In this document: piece by piece, positions 1 to 13,325 of the stretch
Numbering within the stretch: the first letter of the stretch is position 1
Layout: each line of letters begins with the position of its first letter
Assembly (NCBI GenBank): GCA_030390025.1
Contig: CM059441.1
Coordinates: 62,558,001-62,622,000, forward strand
Source: Squalus acanthias
Taxonomy: Eukaryota
Reading direction: 5' to 3'
Length of the DNA: 64,000 nucleotides
The notes under the pieces: model-generated
What the model was told of the DNA's origin: nothing
Database searches by the model: none
What the model saw: the letters and a program-made list of their open reading frames with translations, nothing else
Made by a program: the position numbers and the translations under genes

Positions 1-296
1 CTTTACAAGGCAGGAACAATGGATTAGGAGCACTCATAACTCACACCATTATCTCCATCATGAATCACTGAATAGTGTAAACGATTATTTTGCTCTACAA
101 CCCATCTGATCCGCTAAGGTGATTGTCTACTTGCTGTACTTTGGATCTTCATTGTCTAGGGAATCACTTTGGATCTTCCTTGTCTAAGGGATTATTTTAG
201 ATACAAAACCAGTGTTGTCGTAGTTTGATTCCAAAACAGCATTGTAGACTGACTTGTCCCCAAGTACAGTACTGACCCCACTGCAGCAGACACTTT

Positions 297-670
297 GGGC
301 TGGATTTTGTCTTGGGGTCGGGTTGGGGTCGTGTCATCCGCATTTCGTGTCCCCCCCCCCCGACTCCAGATTAATGTGGCTGAATGATGCAATTTTGACT
401 TAATTGGGCAATTGAGTTCCAGCATGTGGGAACCCATGAACTAATTAGTGGTTTCAGTCTGAAAGTCGCCTCTGATGATGTCATCATTGCTGCTGCCTGG
501 TTTCAGAGACTGACTGGATGTTGGTGAGAGAGGACCTGCCTGGCTTTTTGCTGTGAGTGGACGAGAGAGAGAGATAGAGATAGAGAGAGTGAGTCCAAGT
601 CCTCTCACACCAAATGCCATGCAGTCTCTGAAGACATTCAATGCAGCAGCATCACAGGCGACTTTCACAC
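297..670 (+). mobile_element. Fragment of a MITE-like element, left arm only
   Basis: Begins GGGCTGGATTTT, an end motif like GGCCAGAATTTT (13769) and GGCCGCGATTTT (62173-62184, minus). Takes the place of 29690-30359 of the right arm. Confidence 0.45.
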
Positions 671-789
671 CTTAGGGAAGGATATACTTGTTCCCTGCTC
701 CTGTACAATATTCTTCATTTCATAGGAAAGAAAGAGGAACTTAATTCATAGAATCATACAGCACAGAAGGAGTCCATTTGGCCCATCGT

Positions 790-1425
790 ACATTGGCTCC
801 CGGTCCGGCAACGCCTCAAATTTAAAATCCTCATCCTCGTTCTCCGCCACAAACTCCGTTCTCTAGCCACCGACTTCAGCCCTCTCCCAACATCTGTCTG
901 AGGCTGAACCAGACCGTTCGCAACCTTGGTGTCATATTTCACCCTGAAATGAGCTTCTGACCACATATCCGTGCCATAACTAAGACCTCCTATTTCCACC
1001 TCCATAACATCACCCGTCTCCGCCCCTGCCTCAGCTCATCCACTGCTGAAACCCTCATCCATGCCTTTGTTACCTCTAGACTTGACTATTCCAAGGCACT
1101 CCTGGCTGGCCTCCCACGTTCTACCCTACGTAAACTTGAGGTCATCCAAAGCTTGGCTGCCCGTGACCTAACTCGCAACAAATCCAATTCACCCATCAAA
1201 CCTGTGCTCGCTGACCTACATTGGCTGCTGGTTAAGCAATGCCGCGATTTTAAAATTCTCATCCTTGTTTTCAAATCCCTCCATGGCCTCGCCCCTCACT
1301 ATCTCTGTAATCTCCTCCAGCCCAACAACCTACCTCTGTGACCAAGCTTTTGGTCATCTGACCTAATTTCTCCTTATGTGGCTCAGGGTCAAATTTTGTT
1401 TTATAACACCCCTGTGAAGCGCCTT
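790..1425 (+). mobile_element. L2-clade LINE 3' fragments (tail continues at 6024-6080; mirror 28931-29567)
   Basis: ORF with PVLADLHWL..FKILILVFKSLHGLAP.YL, typical of the L2 ORF2 C-terminus. The tail CCTGTGAAGCGCCTTGGGACG is split by a CR1 insertion. Confidence 0.85.
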
Positions 1426-4363
1426 AAAAACATAAGAACATAAGAAATAGGAGCAGGAATTGGCCCCTCGAGCCTGCTCCACCATTCAATAAGATTATGG
1501 CTGATCTAGGGCTCAAAGCCACTTCAAAGCCCGCTCCCCATAACCCTTCACTCCCTTATCTTGCAAAAATTTGTCTATCTCCACTTTAAATGTATTTAAT
1601 GACCCAGCCTCCACAGCTCTCTGGTGCAGAGAATTCCACAAATTTACGACCCTCTGAGAGAAGAAGTTCCTCCTTATCTCAGTTCTAAAAGGGCGACCCT
1701 TTATTCTGAGACTGTGCCCCCGAGTTCTAGATTACCCCATGAGGGAAAACATCCTCTCTGCATCTACCCTGTCGAACCCCCTCAGTATTTTATATGTTTC
1801 GTTAAGATCACCTCTCATTCTTCTAAATTCCAATGAGTATAGGCCCAGCCGGCTCAACCTTTCCTCATAAGTCAAACCCCTCATCTCTGGAATTAACCTA
1901 GTGAATCGTCTCTGAACTGCCTCCAATGCAAGTATATCCTTCCTTATATAAGGAGACCAAAACTGTACGCAGTACTAAAGGTGTGGTCTCACCAATACCT
2001 TGTACAGTTGTAGCAGGACTTCCCTGCTTTTATACTCCAACCCCTTTGGAATAAAGGCCAACATTCCATTTGCCTTTTTGATTACTTGCTGTACCTGCAT
2101 GCTAACGTTTTGTGTTTCATGCACAAGGACCCCCAGGTCCCTCTGGACTGTAGCATTTTGTAATCTCTCTCCATTTAAATAATAGTTTGCTTTTTTATTT
2201 TTCCTGCCAAAGTGGATAACCTCGCACTTTCCCACATTATACTCCATCTGCCAAATGTTTGCCCACTCACCTAGCCTGTCTATATCCCTTTGCAGATTCT
2301 TTGAATCCTCGGCACAACTTGCTTTCCCGCCCATCTTTGTATGATCCGCAAACTTGGCTACAGTACACTCGATCCCTTCATCCAAGTCATTAATGTAGGT
2401 TGTAAATAGTTGGGGCCCCAGCACCGATCCTTGTGGCACCCCACTAGTTACCGTTTGCCAATCCTTGGGTCTCCCACCAATCTTGGCAACATTGTATGCC
2501 TTCGTTTTCCATTTGATACCATCCTTTACTTCCTGAGTTAGCTACGGATGGTGCTCCCTTCTCTTAAAATCTTTCATTTTCACTGGAATATATTTTTGTT
2601 GAGAGTTATGAAATATCTCCTTAAATGTCCGCCACTGCATTTCAACTTCCTTACCCTTGAATTTGTTTTTCCAGTCCACTTTAGTCAGTTCTGCCCTCAT
2701 GCCATTATAATTGCCTTTGTTTAAGATCTGGACACTGGTTTGGGATACAACTTTCTCACCCTCCAACTGAATTTGAAATTCAACCATGCTATGATCAGTC
2801 TTTCCTGGAGGATCCTTTACTAAGAGATAATTTATTAATTCTGTCTCATTACATAGTACCAGATCCAAGATAGCCTGCTCCCTGGTTGGTTCCATTACAT
2901 ACTGTTCTCGGAAAACATCCCGGATGCACTCTATGAACTCCTCCTCCAGGCTACCATGGCCAATTTGATTTGTCTAATCAATATGGAGATTAAAATCATC
3001 CATGATTATTACCGTACCTTTTTACAGGCCTCCATTATTTGTTGATTTACACTCTGTCCAACAGCATTGCTACTGTTCAGGGGCCTGTCGACTACGCCCA
3101 CAAGAGACTTTTTCCCCTTCTTATTTTTTATCTCCACCCAAACCAATTCTACATCTTGATCTTCTGAGTCAATATCACTTCTCGCCACTGCACTGATCCC
3201 ATCTTTTACCAACAAAGCCACCCCACCTCCCTTTGCTTTCTTTCTATCCTTCCGAATGATCATATACCCTGGATTATCCAGTTCCAGCCCTGGTCTCCTT
3301 GCAACCACGTCTCTGTAATGGCGATCAGATCATACCCATTTTATATCTATTTGTGCAGTCAACTCATTTATGTTGTTACGAATGCTGCGTGCATTCAAAT
3401 ATAGAGCTTTTAACTTTGTCTTTTTACCATTTCTCCTTGTTTTGGCCTTTTTTTCCTGTTACACTCTTATTTTTAAACATTCTGTCCCTTCCTGTCACAC
3501 TCTGGTTATTATTTCCCCCATCTCTACCCTGCTCTATTGCTTTCTCATTGACTTTTTATTTGCCCGCTCACCTGGATCCTCCCCCCCACTATTTAGTTTA
3601 AAGCCCTCTCTACAGCTCTAGTTATTCGATATGCCAGGACTCTAGCCCCAGCATGGTTCAAGTGAAGCCCATCCAAACGAAACAGCTCCCTCTTATCCCA
3701 GTACTGGTGCCAGAGCCCCACAAATCGAAACCTTTTCTCCCACACCAGTCTTTGAGCCACTCGTTCATTTCTCTGATCTTATTTACCCTATGCAAATTCG
3801 CTCGTGGCTAAGGTAGTAATCCAGGGATCATTACCTTTGTGGTTCTGCTTTTTAATTTATCCCTTAGCTACTCATACTCTCTCAGCAGAACCTCTTTCTT
3901 TGTCCTACCAATGTCATTGGTACCGACGTGGACCATGACAACTGGATCTTCCCCCTCCCACTCGAAGTTTCTCTCCAGCCCAAAGGAGATGTCCTTAACC
4001 CTAGCACCAGGCAGGTAACACAGCCTTCGGGACTCACGCTCTCGGCTGCAGAGAAGAGTATCTATCCCCCTCACTATACTGTCCCCAATCACTACAACAT
4101 TTCGTTTTGCTCCCCCCACTTGAATGGCTCCCTGTACCACGGTGCTGTGGTCAGTTTGCTCATCCTCCCTGCAGTCCCTGGCCTCGTCCACACAGGGAGC
4201 AAGAATCTCGTACCTGTTGGACAAGGCCAAGGGCTGAGGCTCCTCCACTACTACCTCCTGGATCCCAATACCTGCCTCGCTTGTAGTCACACCCTCCTGT
4301 CCCTGACCATGGGCCATATTGGAAGTAATTATTCTAGTGGGTGTGACCGCTTCCTGGAACATA

Positions 4364-5238
4364 GGGGGAGAAATTCAGTATCGCCCCATTTGTGGCGCAA
4401 TTATCGGCCGGGCGCAAAGATTAGCGCCTGGCGCTAATTATTGACTCCGACTGCAAACTTGACTTTTATCGCCCCTGGAGGTGATTGGAGTGCTAAATCA
4501 GGTGCTACACATCTGTCTTAAGGCCGAGGAGCGAGGCGCTAACTCAGAGCGCTGGCGAAGCTCATGTGATGTCAGTCAGCAATGGAACACAGACACAATG
4601 GCGCCGGCCAGTTCTTAAAGGGGAGGATTGATCTTGTTTTCCATCCACATCCTGCTCATTGCAGCCTTGAATCTCGACCTGAAGAGACCTGTACATCAAA
4701 TCTGCTGGAAAGAACAGTGGAGAGCACCAGGGAAAGAGCTCAGAGTGCAGCCCCCATAGTCTCTTCTAAATCGATACAAGGAAGGGCAAATCAAAATGAA
4801 CCTGCAAAGTGCTGCTCAGTACCCAAAACTCCTTCACACAGCATTGAATCTCTCCAGAAGTCTCTCTCAGAATGCGTGGCTCAAAAATGACACCAACAAA
4901 AAAAGGGAGGAAGCAGTCGCCTTTAAATAGCGCTCCCCCAGTCCCTTCCTGACTGCAAAATGCTCCCCTCAACCTGTCGTTGTTAGCGGCAGGCGGTAAG
5001 GCAGGGGGCGCCACTCAATATCCGCTCCGGGGCGCTACCGGGGCTTTGCGCACTTGACTGACGTCACGATCTGCCGGCGCAGGAGATCGTGGCGGTAGTG
5101 TTTAGTGCCGCCGCAAAATGTCTAGTTAATTTCGTGAGCGACGCAAACATCGCCGCGCCCGGGCCCCAGTTGCTTTGCGCCCCATTAGCGCCCTCTTAAG
5201 GCACTAACGGGATGCGCAACCAACCAAATTTTTCCCCC
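4364..5238 (+). mobile_element. PIF/Harbinger-type MITE family A (mirror 24220-25099)
   Basis: TIRs GGGGGAGAAATT...AATTTTTCCCCC, 3-bp TSD ATA/TAT; interrupts CR1 ORF1. Confidence 0.85.
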
Positions 5239-5626
5239 ATAGTGTCCAGGTAGCGCTCCCACTCCGTAATGTGTCGCAGTGTTTGAAGCTCGGACTCCAG
5301 CTCATAAACTCTGAGCCGAAGTTCCTCGAGCAGCCAATATTTGCTGCAGATGTGGTCGCCCTGGACCTCAATGGTGTCCACGAGCTCCCACATGCAACAA
5401 CAACAACACATTGCCTGGTCTCCCATCTCAATTAATTAATTAGGTTTAAAATTTGGAACACTTATATCTTTTAATCTACATCAAGACACTTAAATTTAGA
5501 CTCTCAAGTTTGGAAAAAAAAGCGAGAAAGAGAGAAATACTCACCAACCAATCACTTACCTATTTCTGGTGACGTCACACTTCGATTACTTTTTACTTCT
5601 TTACACTCACCGGTCTTTGTATCTCA

Positions 5627-6023
5627 GCTGCTCCCGCTGCTTTTGAACTCTCCCGGGTTTTGGCGCTCTCGCTCTGCTCCCGCTGCTTTTGAACTCTCCT
5701 GGGTTTTGGCGCTCTCGCTCTGCTCCCGCTGCTTTTGAACTCTCCTGGGTTTTGGCGCTCTCGCTCTGCTCCCGCTGCTTTTGAACTCTCCCGGGTTTTG
5801 GCGCACTCGCTCTGCTCCCGCTGCTTTTGAACACTCCCGGGTTTTGGCGCTCTCGCTCTGCTCCCGCTGCTTTTGAACTCTCCCGGGTTTTGGCGCTCTC
5901 GCTCTGCTCCCGCTGCTTTTGAAGTCTCCTGGGTTTTGGCGCTCTTGCTCTGCTCCCGCTGCTTTTGTGATTGCCGGGTTTTGGCGCTCTCGCTCTGCTC
6001 CCGCTGCTTTTGAACTCTCCTGG
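5627..6023 (-). repeat. 46-bp tandem monomers forming the CR1 5' end (~8.5 units; ~3.5 units at 23672-23840)
   Basis: Unit CTCTGCTCCCGCTGCTTTTGAACTCTCCCGGGTTTTGGCGCTCTCG; lies inside the CR1 target duplication. Confidence 0.93.
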
Positions 6024-6084
6024 GCCTTGGGACGTTTTACTACATTAAAAGCGCTATATACAAGTTGTTGTTTTTGTTGTTCGT

Positions 6085-6400
6085 CTGCAACAGGCTCGAG
6101 GGGCTGAATGGGCCTCCTCCTGTTCATATGCAACAGGCTTGAGGGGCTGAAAGGCCTCACCCTATTCGTAGGTAACAGTCTCAAGGGGCTGAAAGCCCTT
6201 ATCCTGTTCCTGTGCAACAGGCTCGAGTGTCTGAATGGCCGCCTCCTGTTCCTATGTAACAGGCTCGAGCGGCTTAATGGCCTTACCCTGTTCCTATGTA
6301 ACAGACTCAAATGGGCTGAATGGGCCTCCTCCTATTCCTATGTAACATGATCCAGGGGCAGATTGGGCCTCCTCCAGTTCCTGTGAGGTAACTGAAGTTC
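6085..6400 (+). repeat. ~41-42-bp minisatellite derived from the CR1 3' terminus (copies at 23330-23610 and 52705-52880)
   Basis: Unit AACAGGCTCGAGGGGCTGAATGGGCCTCCTCCTGTTCCTATGT matches CR1 3' ends such as 19665-19705. Confidence 0.85.
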
Positions 6401-6444
6401 AACGAAATGCCAGAAATATGTGAGGAACTCAAAAGTTTTATTCA

Positions 6445-7530
6445 TTCATGGGATGTGGGCTTTGCTGGCAAAGCCAGAATTTATTGCGCATCCCTAATTG
6501 CGCTTGAGAAGGTGGTGGTGTACTGCCTTCTTGAACCGCTACAGTCTGTGTGGTGAAGGTACTCCCAAAGTGCTGTTAGGGAGGGAGTTCCAGGATTTTG
6601 ACCCAGCGATGATGAAGGAATGGCGATATATTTCCAAGTCATGATGGCATGTGACTTGGAGGGGAAGTTGGGGGTGATGGTGTTCCCATTCACCTGCTGC
6701 CCTTGTCCTTCTAGGTCGTAGAGGTTGAGGGTTTGGAGATGCTGTAGAAGAAGTCTTGACAAGTTGCTGCAGGGCATTTTATAGATGGTACACACCGCAG
6801 ACACTGTGCGCCGGTGTTGGAGGGAGTGAATGTTTAAGGTGGTGGATTGGGTGCTTATCAAGCAGACTGCTTTGTCCTGGATGGTGTAAAATCTTTTGAG
6901 TATTGTTGGAGTTGCACTCATACAGGAAAGTGGCGAGTATTCCATCACACTCCTGACTTGTGCCTTGTCGATGATGGAAAGGCTTTGGGGAGTCAGGAGG
7001 TGAGATACTCGCTGCAGAATTCCCAGCCTCTGACCTATTCTTGCAGCCAAAGTATTTATGTGGCTGGTCCAGTTCAGTTTCTGGTCAATGGTGACCCCCA
7101 GGATGTTGATGCTGGGGGATTCGGTGATGGTAATGCCATTGAATGTTAAGGGGCAGTGGTTAGACACTCTCTTGTTGGAGATAGTCATTGACTGGCACTT
7201 CTGTGGCACAAATATTATTTGCCACATATAAGCCTGAATGTCGTCCAAATCTTGCTGCATGCGGGCACAGACTGCTTCATTATCTGAGGAGTTGCGAATG
7301 GCGCTGAACACAGTGCAATCCGAAGTAAACATCCCCACTTCTGACCTTATGCTGGAGAGAAGATCATTAATGAAGCAGCTGAAGATGGTTGGGCCTAGGA
7401 TACTGGCCTGACGAACACCTGCAGCAATGACCTGGGGCTGAGATGATTGGCCTCTAACAACCACACCCATCTTTCTTTGTGCTCGGTATAACTTCAGCCA
7501 GTGAAGAGTTCTCCCCCTGATTCGCATTGA
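6445..7530 (-). mobile_element. 5'-truncated CR1-superfamily LINE, second family (mirror ~22170-23255; extra 3' pieces 7845-8135 and 21530-21815)
   Basis: RT motifs ILGPTIFSCFINDL, GMFTSDCT, PQKCQ, LGVTIDQKLNW, QVRSVMEYS. Confidence 0.85.
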
Positions 7531-9718
7531 CATCAATTCTACTAGGGCTCCACACTCAGTCAAATGCTGCCTTAATGTTTGCAGGATGTTCAATGTAGAA
7601 GTAGACAACATAAACCCCCAGATCTCAACAACAGCTGAAACAACAACTGTGCTCATTTAACACATTGCAAAATCCCTCGCTCATCCACTTTTACACCCTT
7701 GCCTCCAACCAGTGAGGCTCCATGTCTCTGGTGGAATGTCCAAACATCTGGCTCACAGTGAACTTCCAAATCACTTAAAGGCAAGCGGCCAAATTGGGAG
7801 TAAAGCTCTTACAATTCTGCTTCAGAAATGTTCCTTAACCTCACACAACCTAGAAGGAAAAGGGCAACTGGCGCATGGGAACACCATCACCTCCAAGTTT
7901 CCCTCCAAGTAACACACACACCATCCCAAATTGATGATATATCAGCCATTCCCTCATCGTTGCTGGGTCAAAATCCGGGAACTCACTACCTAATGGCACT
8001 GTGGGCGCACCTTCACCACACGGACTGCAGTAGTTCAAGAAGGCGGCCCATCGCCAACTTCTCAAGGGGCGACTAGGGATGGGCAATAAATGCCAGCCTT
8101 GCCAGCAATGCCCACAACCTGAGAATGAATTTAATGAAAACACAAGAAGAACAATCTTGTCTTGTGCCAAGCCAATTGGCGTCACAGCCAATCTTTGTGA
8201 CCTCTCGGAACCAAGCCATAAATTGGTGCCACTCAATGCCCAAATGGGGGCTGTTGTGTATAGATTCAGTGCCAGCAGTAGCTTCGTTGATAGAAATTCT
8301 GCTGCACCACTCCTGGTGCACTCCAGGAGTGCGCCGTTTCCAATGTCACGCACACGTAGCAAATGGAGAATGTTCTCCCTGAACCTTATTCTCAACGTGA
8401 TTGGACATGTATCCATTCCGTGATTTTCTGCTACAATAGCCACCTGAGTTCTTTGTAGATCTTAGTTACGTTAGTATTCTCCAGCTCTTAAGGCAGTGAC
8501 TGATACTTGGGTCCAGTTCCACAGTTGCAGCAGGGCACGGTGCCTAAACCAGGTAGCCATTCTGCAAGTGTTCGCAGACAAATGGGCTGTTTGATCATGA
8601 AGGGCAGCACCCTTGAAACCAAATCTGTCCACACTCAACCCGAGCTTAACAGAGGGAATTAGCGGTTACAGATTCAGAGCAGGAGCGTTACTTATTTTCC
8701 CACTGCTTGACTCATGGACCTGGTTGCGATTTTTAACCGAACACAGACCAGTACAAGGATCGAGGATCTTGGCCTCTATTCTGTGTTATACAGCATGGTT
8801 CCTCCCATCCACTGGGCCACCTCGGCGGACAATAATTGTACTTTCAAAGATTGAAAGACTAAAATAGTTGTTTATTGTAGCTGTAGTTCATTCTGTAATC
8901 AAAGCTGTTTCATCCATCTAGGATATTATAAAAAATCTTACATCTGCAAGCAACCTTCCACGTCAGAATTTCCTCCATCCACATTTACAATGGGAACTGC
9001 CTATGTAAACATGTCACATTGTAATTACACCCTTCCATCAGTGGTGGCGCTGTAGAGCCTGTTTCATGTCTCCCCGTTCCTCAGTCTGTACTGCAGAGAA
9101 TCTCCCAATTCTCCAACTCTGGGTCCCTGCTTCCCACATTGCTGTTAGTTTTGCTGTTTCACTATGAATGATAATATAAAATCAAAGTATTACATGAAAA
9201 TAAGCGGAAGAATGCATGACTGTAAAATAGCGAGTAAATTATACTGATCCGCCCTGGTCCAATTATCCTCTAACCCTGCTTCCCCTGGAGTCCACACTTG
9301 GTTAGGACCATGCTGTAAACATTCACAGACAGGAGAGTTAATCACAAAATTAAAATTGCCTCAAGCACACACACACGGGATTGAATCCACGACTATCCTG
9401 GTGGATTGTCTATCAATACCTAAAGACATTTATAATCACAATGGAGAGAAGGATGACTCCAACAGTGAGGGGCAATCCTGAAGGAGGACGTACGCAACTA
9501 AACCCATTGAGAATGATCTGGGCTGTATCATCATTCAACTTTGTGAGATAACATCAGCTCTACAAAACTGCATCAGATTATGTCAAGAAGTTTAGAACTA
9601 ATTTTTTGGGGGGTCGGGATCAAAGTCCTGTGGTTTCTAGGAAGATAAAGTGGAGTTTCCAATTGATTCTCTTCTTCTGTGCTGTTCCCAGAGTGTGTGT
9701 TTCTCATTCTTGCTCAGA

Positions 9719-9835
9719 TTATACATTTGCATACACAGGACTCTCGTCAAACTTGCAGTTTTCGTAAATATCATGATCTTGATATGAATTGATGCGGCGG
9801 TTAGATTTGATTTCCAGGTCCTCCTCCTCTTTCTT
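9719..9835 (-). CDS. Terminal cytoplasmic exon of Siglec-like receptor, unit A: KKEEEDLEIKSNRRINSYQDHDIYENCKFDESPVYANV*
   Basis: Polypyrimidine acceptor TTTCCTTTTCTATTACAG, phase-0 open frame to TAA, two Tyr motifs, AATAAA at 8871-8876 (minus). Assignment to the Siglec-like family is by context. Confidence 0.75.
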   Translation of the reverse strand, partial: KKEEEDLEIKSNRRINSYQDHDIYENCKFDESPVYANV

Positions 9836-9959
9836 CTGTAATAGAAAAGGAAATGAGCAGAGAGACAATCAGCATGATCTGCATTTGGTATCTTCGAATC
9901 CAATTAGAAAATTCCACCTGTATTTGCTGCCAATGATTCTTGATTCTGAACAGTGTTGG

Positions 9960-11410
9960 AATATAAGAACAGGAGGAGGCCTTTCAGCCCCTCGAGCCTG
10001 TTCCACTATTCAATTAGACCATGACTGATCTGTATCTTAACTCCATCATTCTGCCTCGGTTCCGTAACCCTTAATATCCTTGGCTAACAAAAAACTTATC
10101 CATCTCATTTTTAATATTTTCAATTGACTCCCAGCCTCAGCAGCATTTTGGGGGCAGAGAGTTCTAGATTACCACTACCCTATGTGTGAAGAAGTGCTTC
10201 CTGGCATCACCCCTGAATGGCCTCGCTCTAATTTTAAATTTATCTCCCCTTGTTCTGGACTCTCCCACCAAAGGAAATTATTTATATCTACCCTATTATA
10301 TCTTTTAGCAATCTTAAACACCTCTATTAGATCACCGCTTAATCTTCGATACTCGAGGAAATACAAGCCTAGTCTTTCTAACCTGTCCTCATAATTTAAC
10401 CCTTTTAGCACCGGTATCTTTCTGGTGAATCTGCGCTGCACCCCCTCCTTCCTGAGGTGCGGTGCCCAGAACTCAACACAATACTCCAGATGGGGTCTAA
10501 TCAGAGCTTTATATAACTGTAACATAACCTCTATCACTTTGTATTCCAGTCCCCTTGAGATAAAGGCCAACATTCCAGTAACCTTTTAAAATATTTTTTG
10601 TACCTGTCCACTCGATTTTAGTGATTTCTGTGCTTGGACCCCTAAATCTCTCTGTTCATCCACAGTTCCTAGCTTCTCACCATTTAGAAAATAATCTGAT
10701 TTCTCTTTCTTAGGTCCAAAGTGGATGTCCTCACACTTCCCCAAATTGAACTCCATCTGCCACAGTATTGCCCGCTCACTTAATCTATCAATGTCCCTTT
10801 GCAACTTTCTGCTCCCATCTACACTATTTACTGTGCCACTTAAGTTAGTGTCATCAGCAATCTTGGATATATGGCTCTCTATTCCTTTGACTAACCCATT
10901 TATAAATAATGTGAAAAGCTGAGTCCCCAGTACAGATCCATGGGAGACACCACTAGTCACATTCTGCCAATTTGAGTACATACCCATTATCCCATCTCTC
11001 TGTCTACTACCTCCTAACCAATTCCATACCCATGTCAATTGGTTGCATCCAATTCCATGCACTCACATTTTTGTTAAGAGTTTTTTATGTGGAACCTTAT
11101 CGAATGCCTTCTGGAAGTCCATATAAATAACATCCATAGACACTCCCTTATCTACTATGTAAGTGACCTCAATAAAATCAACCAGGTTCGTTAGACATGA
11201 CTTACCCTTTACCAACATGACTAATCCATGTTGGCTCTCTCTGATCAGCTCCTGTTTGTCCAAATGCTCAGTCACTCTGTCCCTAATAACAGATTGTAGT
11301 AACTTCCCCACACCAGACATTAGACGAATAGGCATATAATCGTCAAGTTTATCTCTCTTATCCTTCTTAAATAATGGAGCGACATTTCCAATCAAAGGGG
11401 ACAATTCCAG
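9960..11410 (-). mobile_element. Degraded CR1 RT fragment (mirror ~18255-19705; internally deleted paralog ~50790-51225)
   Basis: KGKSCLTNL, YMDFQKAFDKVPH, IADDT, WQMEFN, with frameshifts. Confidence 0.9.
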
Positions 11411-11889
11411 AATCCAGAGGGTAGGAAGGAAGAAAGATAGGAATGAGTGAGGGATAGAAGGGGGGAAGGAAGAAAGGAAAGAAGGGTGGAGTGAGTGATG
11501 GAGGGAAGTAAGGAGGTACAGAAGCAAGGTGGGAGAGAAGGAATGAAGGATGGTAGGAAGGAAGATAGGAATGAGAGAATGAGGTAAGGAGGGAGAGAAG
11601 GGGGGTATATAAATGCAGACGGGGACTCGGCTTAAGTTCTCATCTGAATGATGGCACTTCTGACAGTGCAGCATTCCCTCAGTACTGCCCCTCCGACAGT
11701 GCAGCGCTCCCTCAGTACTGACCCCCCGACAGTGCAGCGGAAGCTCCCTCAGTACTGTACTGGGAGTCTCGGCCTCGAATATGGAGCTCAAATCGCTAGA
11801 CTTCCTTCATCCCTTGAACCAGAAAGATGTCCAAAATGGCAGACTTGAGCCCTAAGCACAGATCTCAATAATAAGTAGCAATCTTTATC

Positions 11890-13075
11890 ATAGAGTCATA
11901 GAATGGTTACAGCACGGAAGAAGGTCATTCAGCCCGTCGAGCCCGTGCCGGCTCTCTGCAAGAGCACCTCAGCTAGTCCCACTCCCCCGCCCTTTCCCCG
12001 TAGTCCAGCAATTTTTTTTCTTTCAGGTACTTATCCAACTCTCTTTTGAAAGCCGTGATTGAGTCTGCCTCCACCTCCCTTTCAGGCAGTGCATTCCAGA
12101 TCATAACCACTCGCTGCGTAAAAATGTTTTTTCTTATGTCGCCTTTGATTCTTTTGCCAATCACCTTAAATCTGTGTTCTCTGGTTCTCGACCCCTCTGC
12201 CAATGAGAACAGTTTCTCTCTATCTACTTTGTCCAGACCCCTCAAGATTTTGAACACCTCTATCAAATCTCCTCTCAATCTTCTCTGCTCTAAGCAGAAC
12301 AACCCCAGCTTCTCCAGTCTATCCACATAACTGAAGTCGTCCCTCATCCCTGGAATCATTCTCGTAAATCTTTTCAGCACCCTCTCTAAGGCCTTCACAT
12401 CCTTCCTAAAGTGCGGTGCACAATACTCCAGTTGAGGCCGAACCAGGGTTTTATACAGGTTCATCATAATTTCCGCGCTTTTGTACTCTATACCTCTATT
12501 CATGAATCCCAGGATCCCGTAAGCTTTTTCAACTGCTTTCTCATTTTATATTTCCTCTCCTCCTTCTTTCTAACAAAATGTATCACTTCACACTTTTCTG
12601 CATTAAATTTCATCTGCCACATGTCCGCCCATTTCATCAGCCTGTCTAAGTCTTCTTGACATCTATAACTATCTTCCTCACTGTTCACTATATTTCCAAG
12701 TTTTGTGTCATCTGCAAATTTTGAAATTGTGCCCTGTACACCCACATCCAAGTCATTAATATATATCAAGAAAAGCAGTGGTCCTAAAACCGAAACCTGG
12801 GGAACAACACCGTATACCTTCCTCCAGTTCGAAAAACAACCGTTCACCACTACTCTCCGTTTCCTGTCACTTAGCTAATTTTCTATCTATGCAGCCACTG
12901 TCCCTTTTATTCCACGGGCTTCAACTTTGCTGGCAAGCCTACTATGTGGCACTTTGTCGAACGCCTTTTGGAAATCCATGTACACCACATCAACCGCATT
13001 GCCTTCGTCAATGCTGTCTGTTACCTCATCAAAAAACTCGATCAAGTTGGTTAAACACGATTTGCCTTTAACAAA
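11890..13075 (-). mobile_element. 5'-truncated CR1 in intron 1 (mirror ~16760-17945)
   Basis: RT C-terminal ORFs and TCTATGA tail; absent from paralogs at ~34610 and ~50395. Confidence 0.92.
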
Positions 13076-13169
13076 TAGAAGGCATCAATCATTGGAATCA
13101 GTCTTTATAAAGTCACAAAACCAACAAAAGATGACGTTGGTCGTGGAAGTGAATTACAATCATTGCGTT

Positions 13170-13325
13170 ACTTACCCAGCGCCTGTCCGACTGCTCGTCT
13201 CGGGAGTAACCGTTGACACACACTGCTTGGGCTGACTGGCCTCTTCCTGTGCTGCTCCCTCTGTGTATTTAATGAGAAAGTGTTGATGTGTCACTGTGAG
13301 TCAAATCAGGAAGAGGGGAACAAGT
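13170..13325 (-). promoter_or_regulatory. Promoter + non-coding exon 1, unit A
   Basis: ETS core CTTCCTG (13307-13313), AP-1 TGACTCA (13297-13303), AT-rich ATTAAATA, donor GG|GTAAGT. Confidence 0.65.

Larger units (their letters stand above)
1426..6023 (-). mobile_element. Near-full-length CR1 LINE, defective (908-bp RT deletion, frameshifts, MITE in ORF1)
   Basis: ORF1 Cys-finger/zipper (CCCMWEL..ICSK) and SGNH esterase (GDSIVRG, VGTNDI). ORF2 endonuclease and RT (PQGSVLGP, KFADHTK, WQMEYNVGKCEV). (CATAAGAA)n tail and GCCTT target duplication at 1421-1425/6024-6028. Confidence 0.95.

Noticed and set aside
5627-6400. CRISPR-like arrays or repeat proteins (ORF 5624-6310)
   Set aside because: Head-to-tail units with no unique spacers, no cas genes, eukaryotic context; the ORF is a by-product of the repeats.
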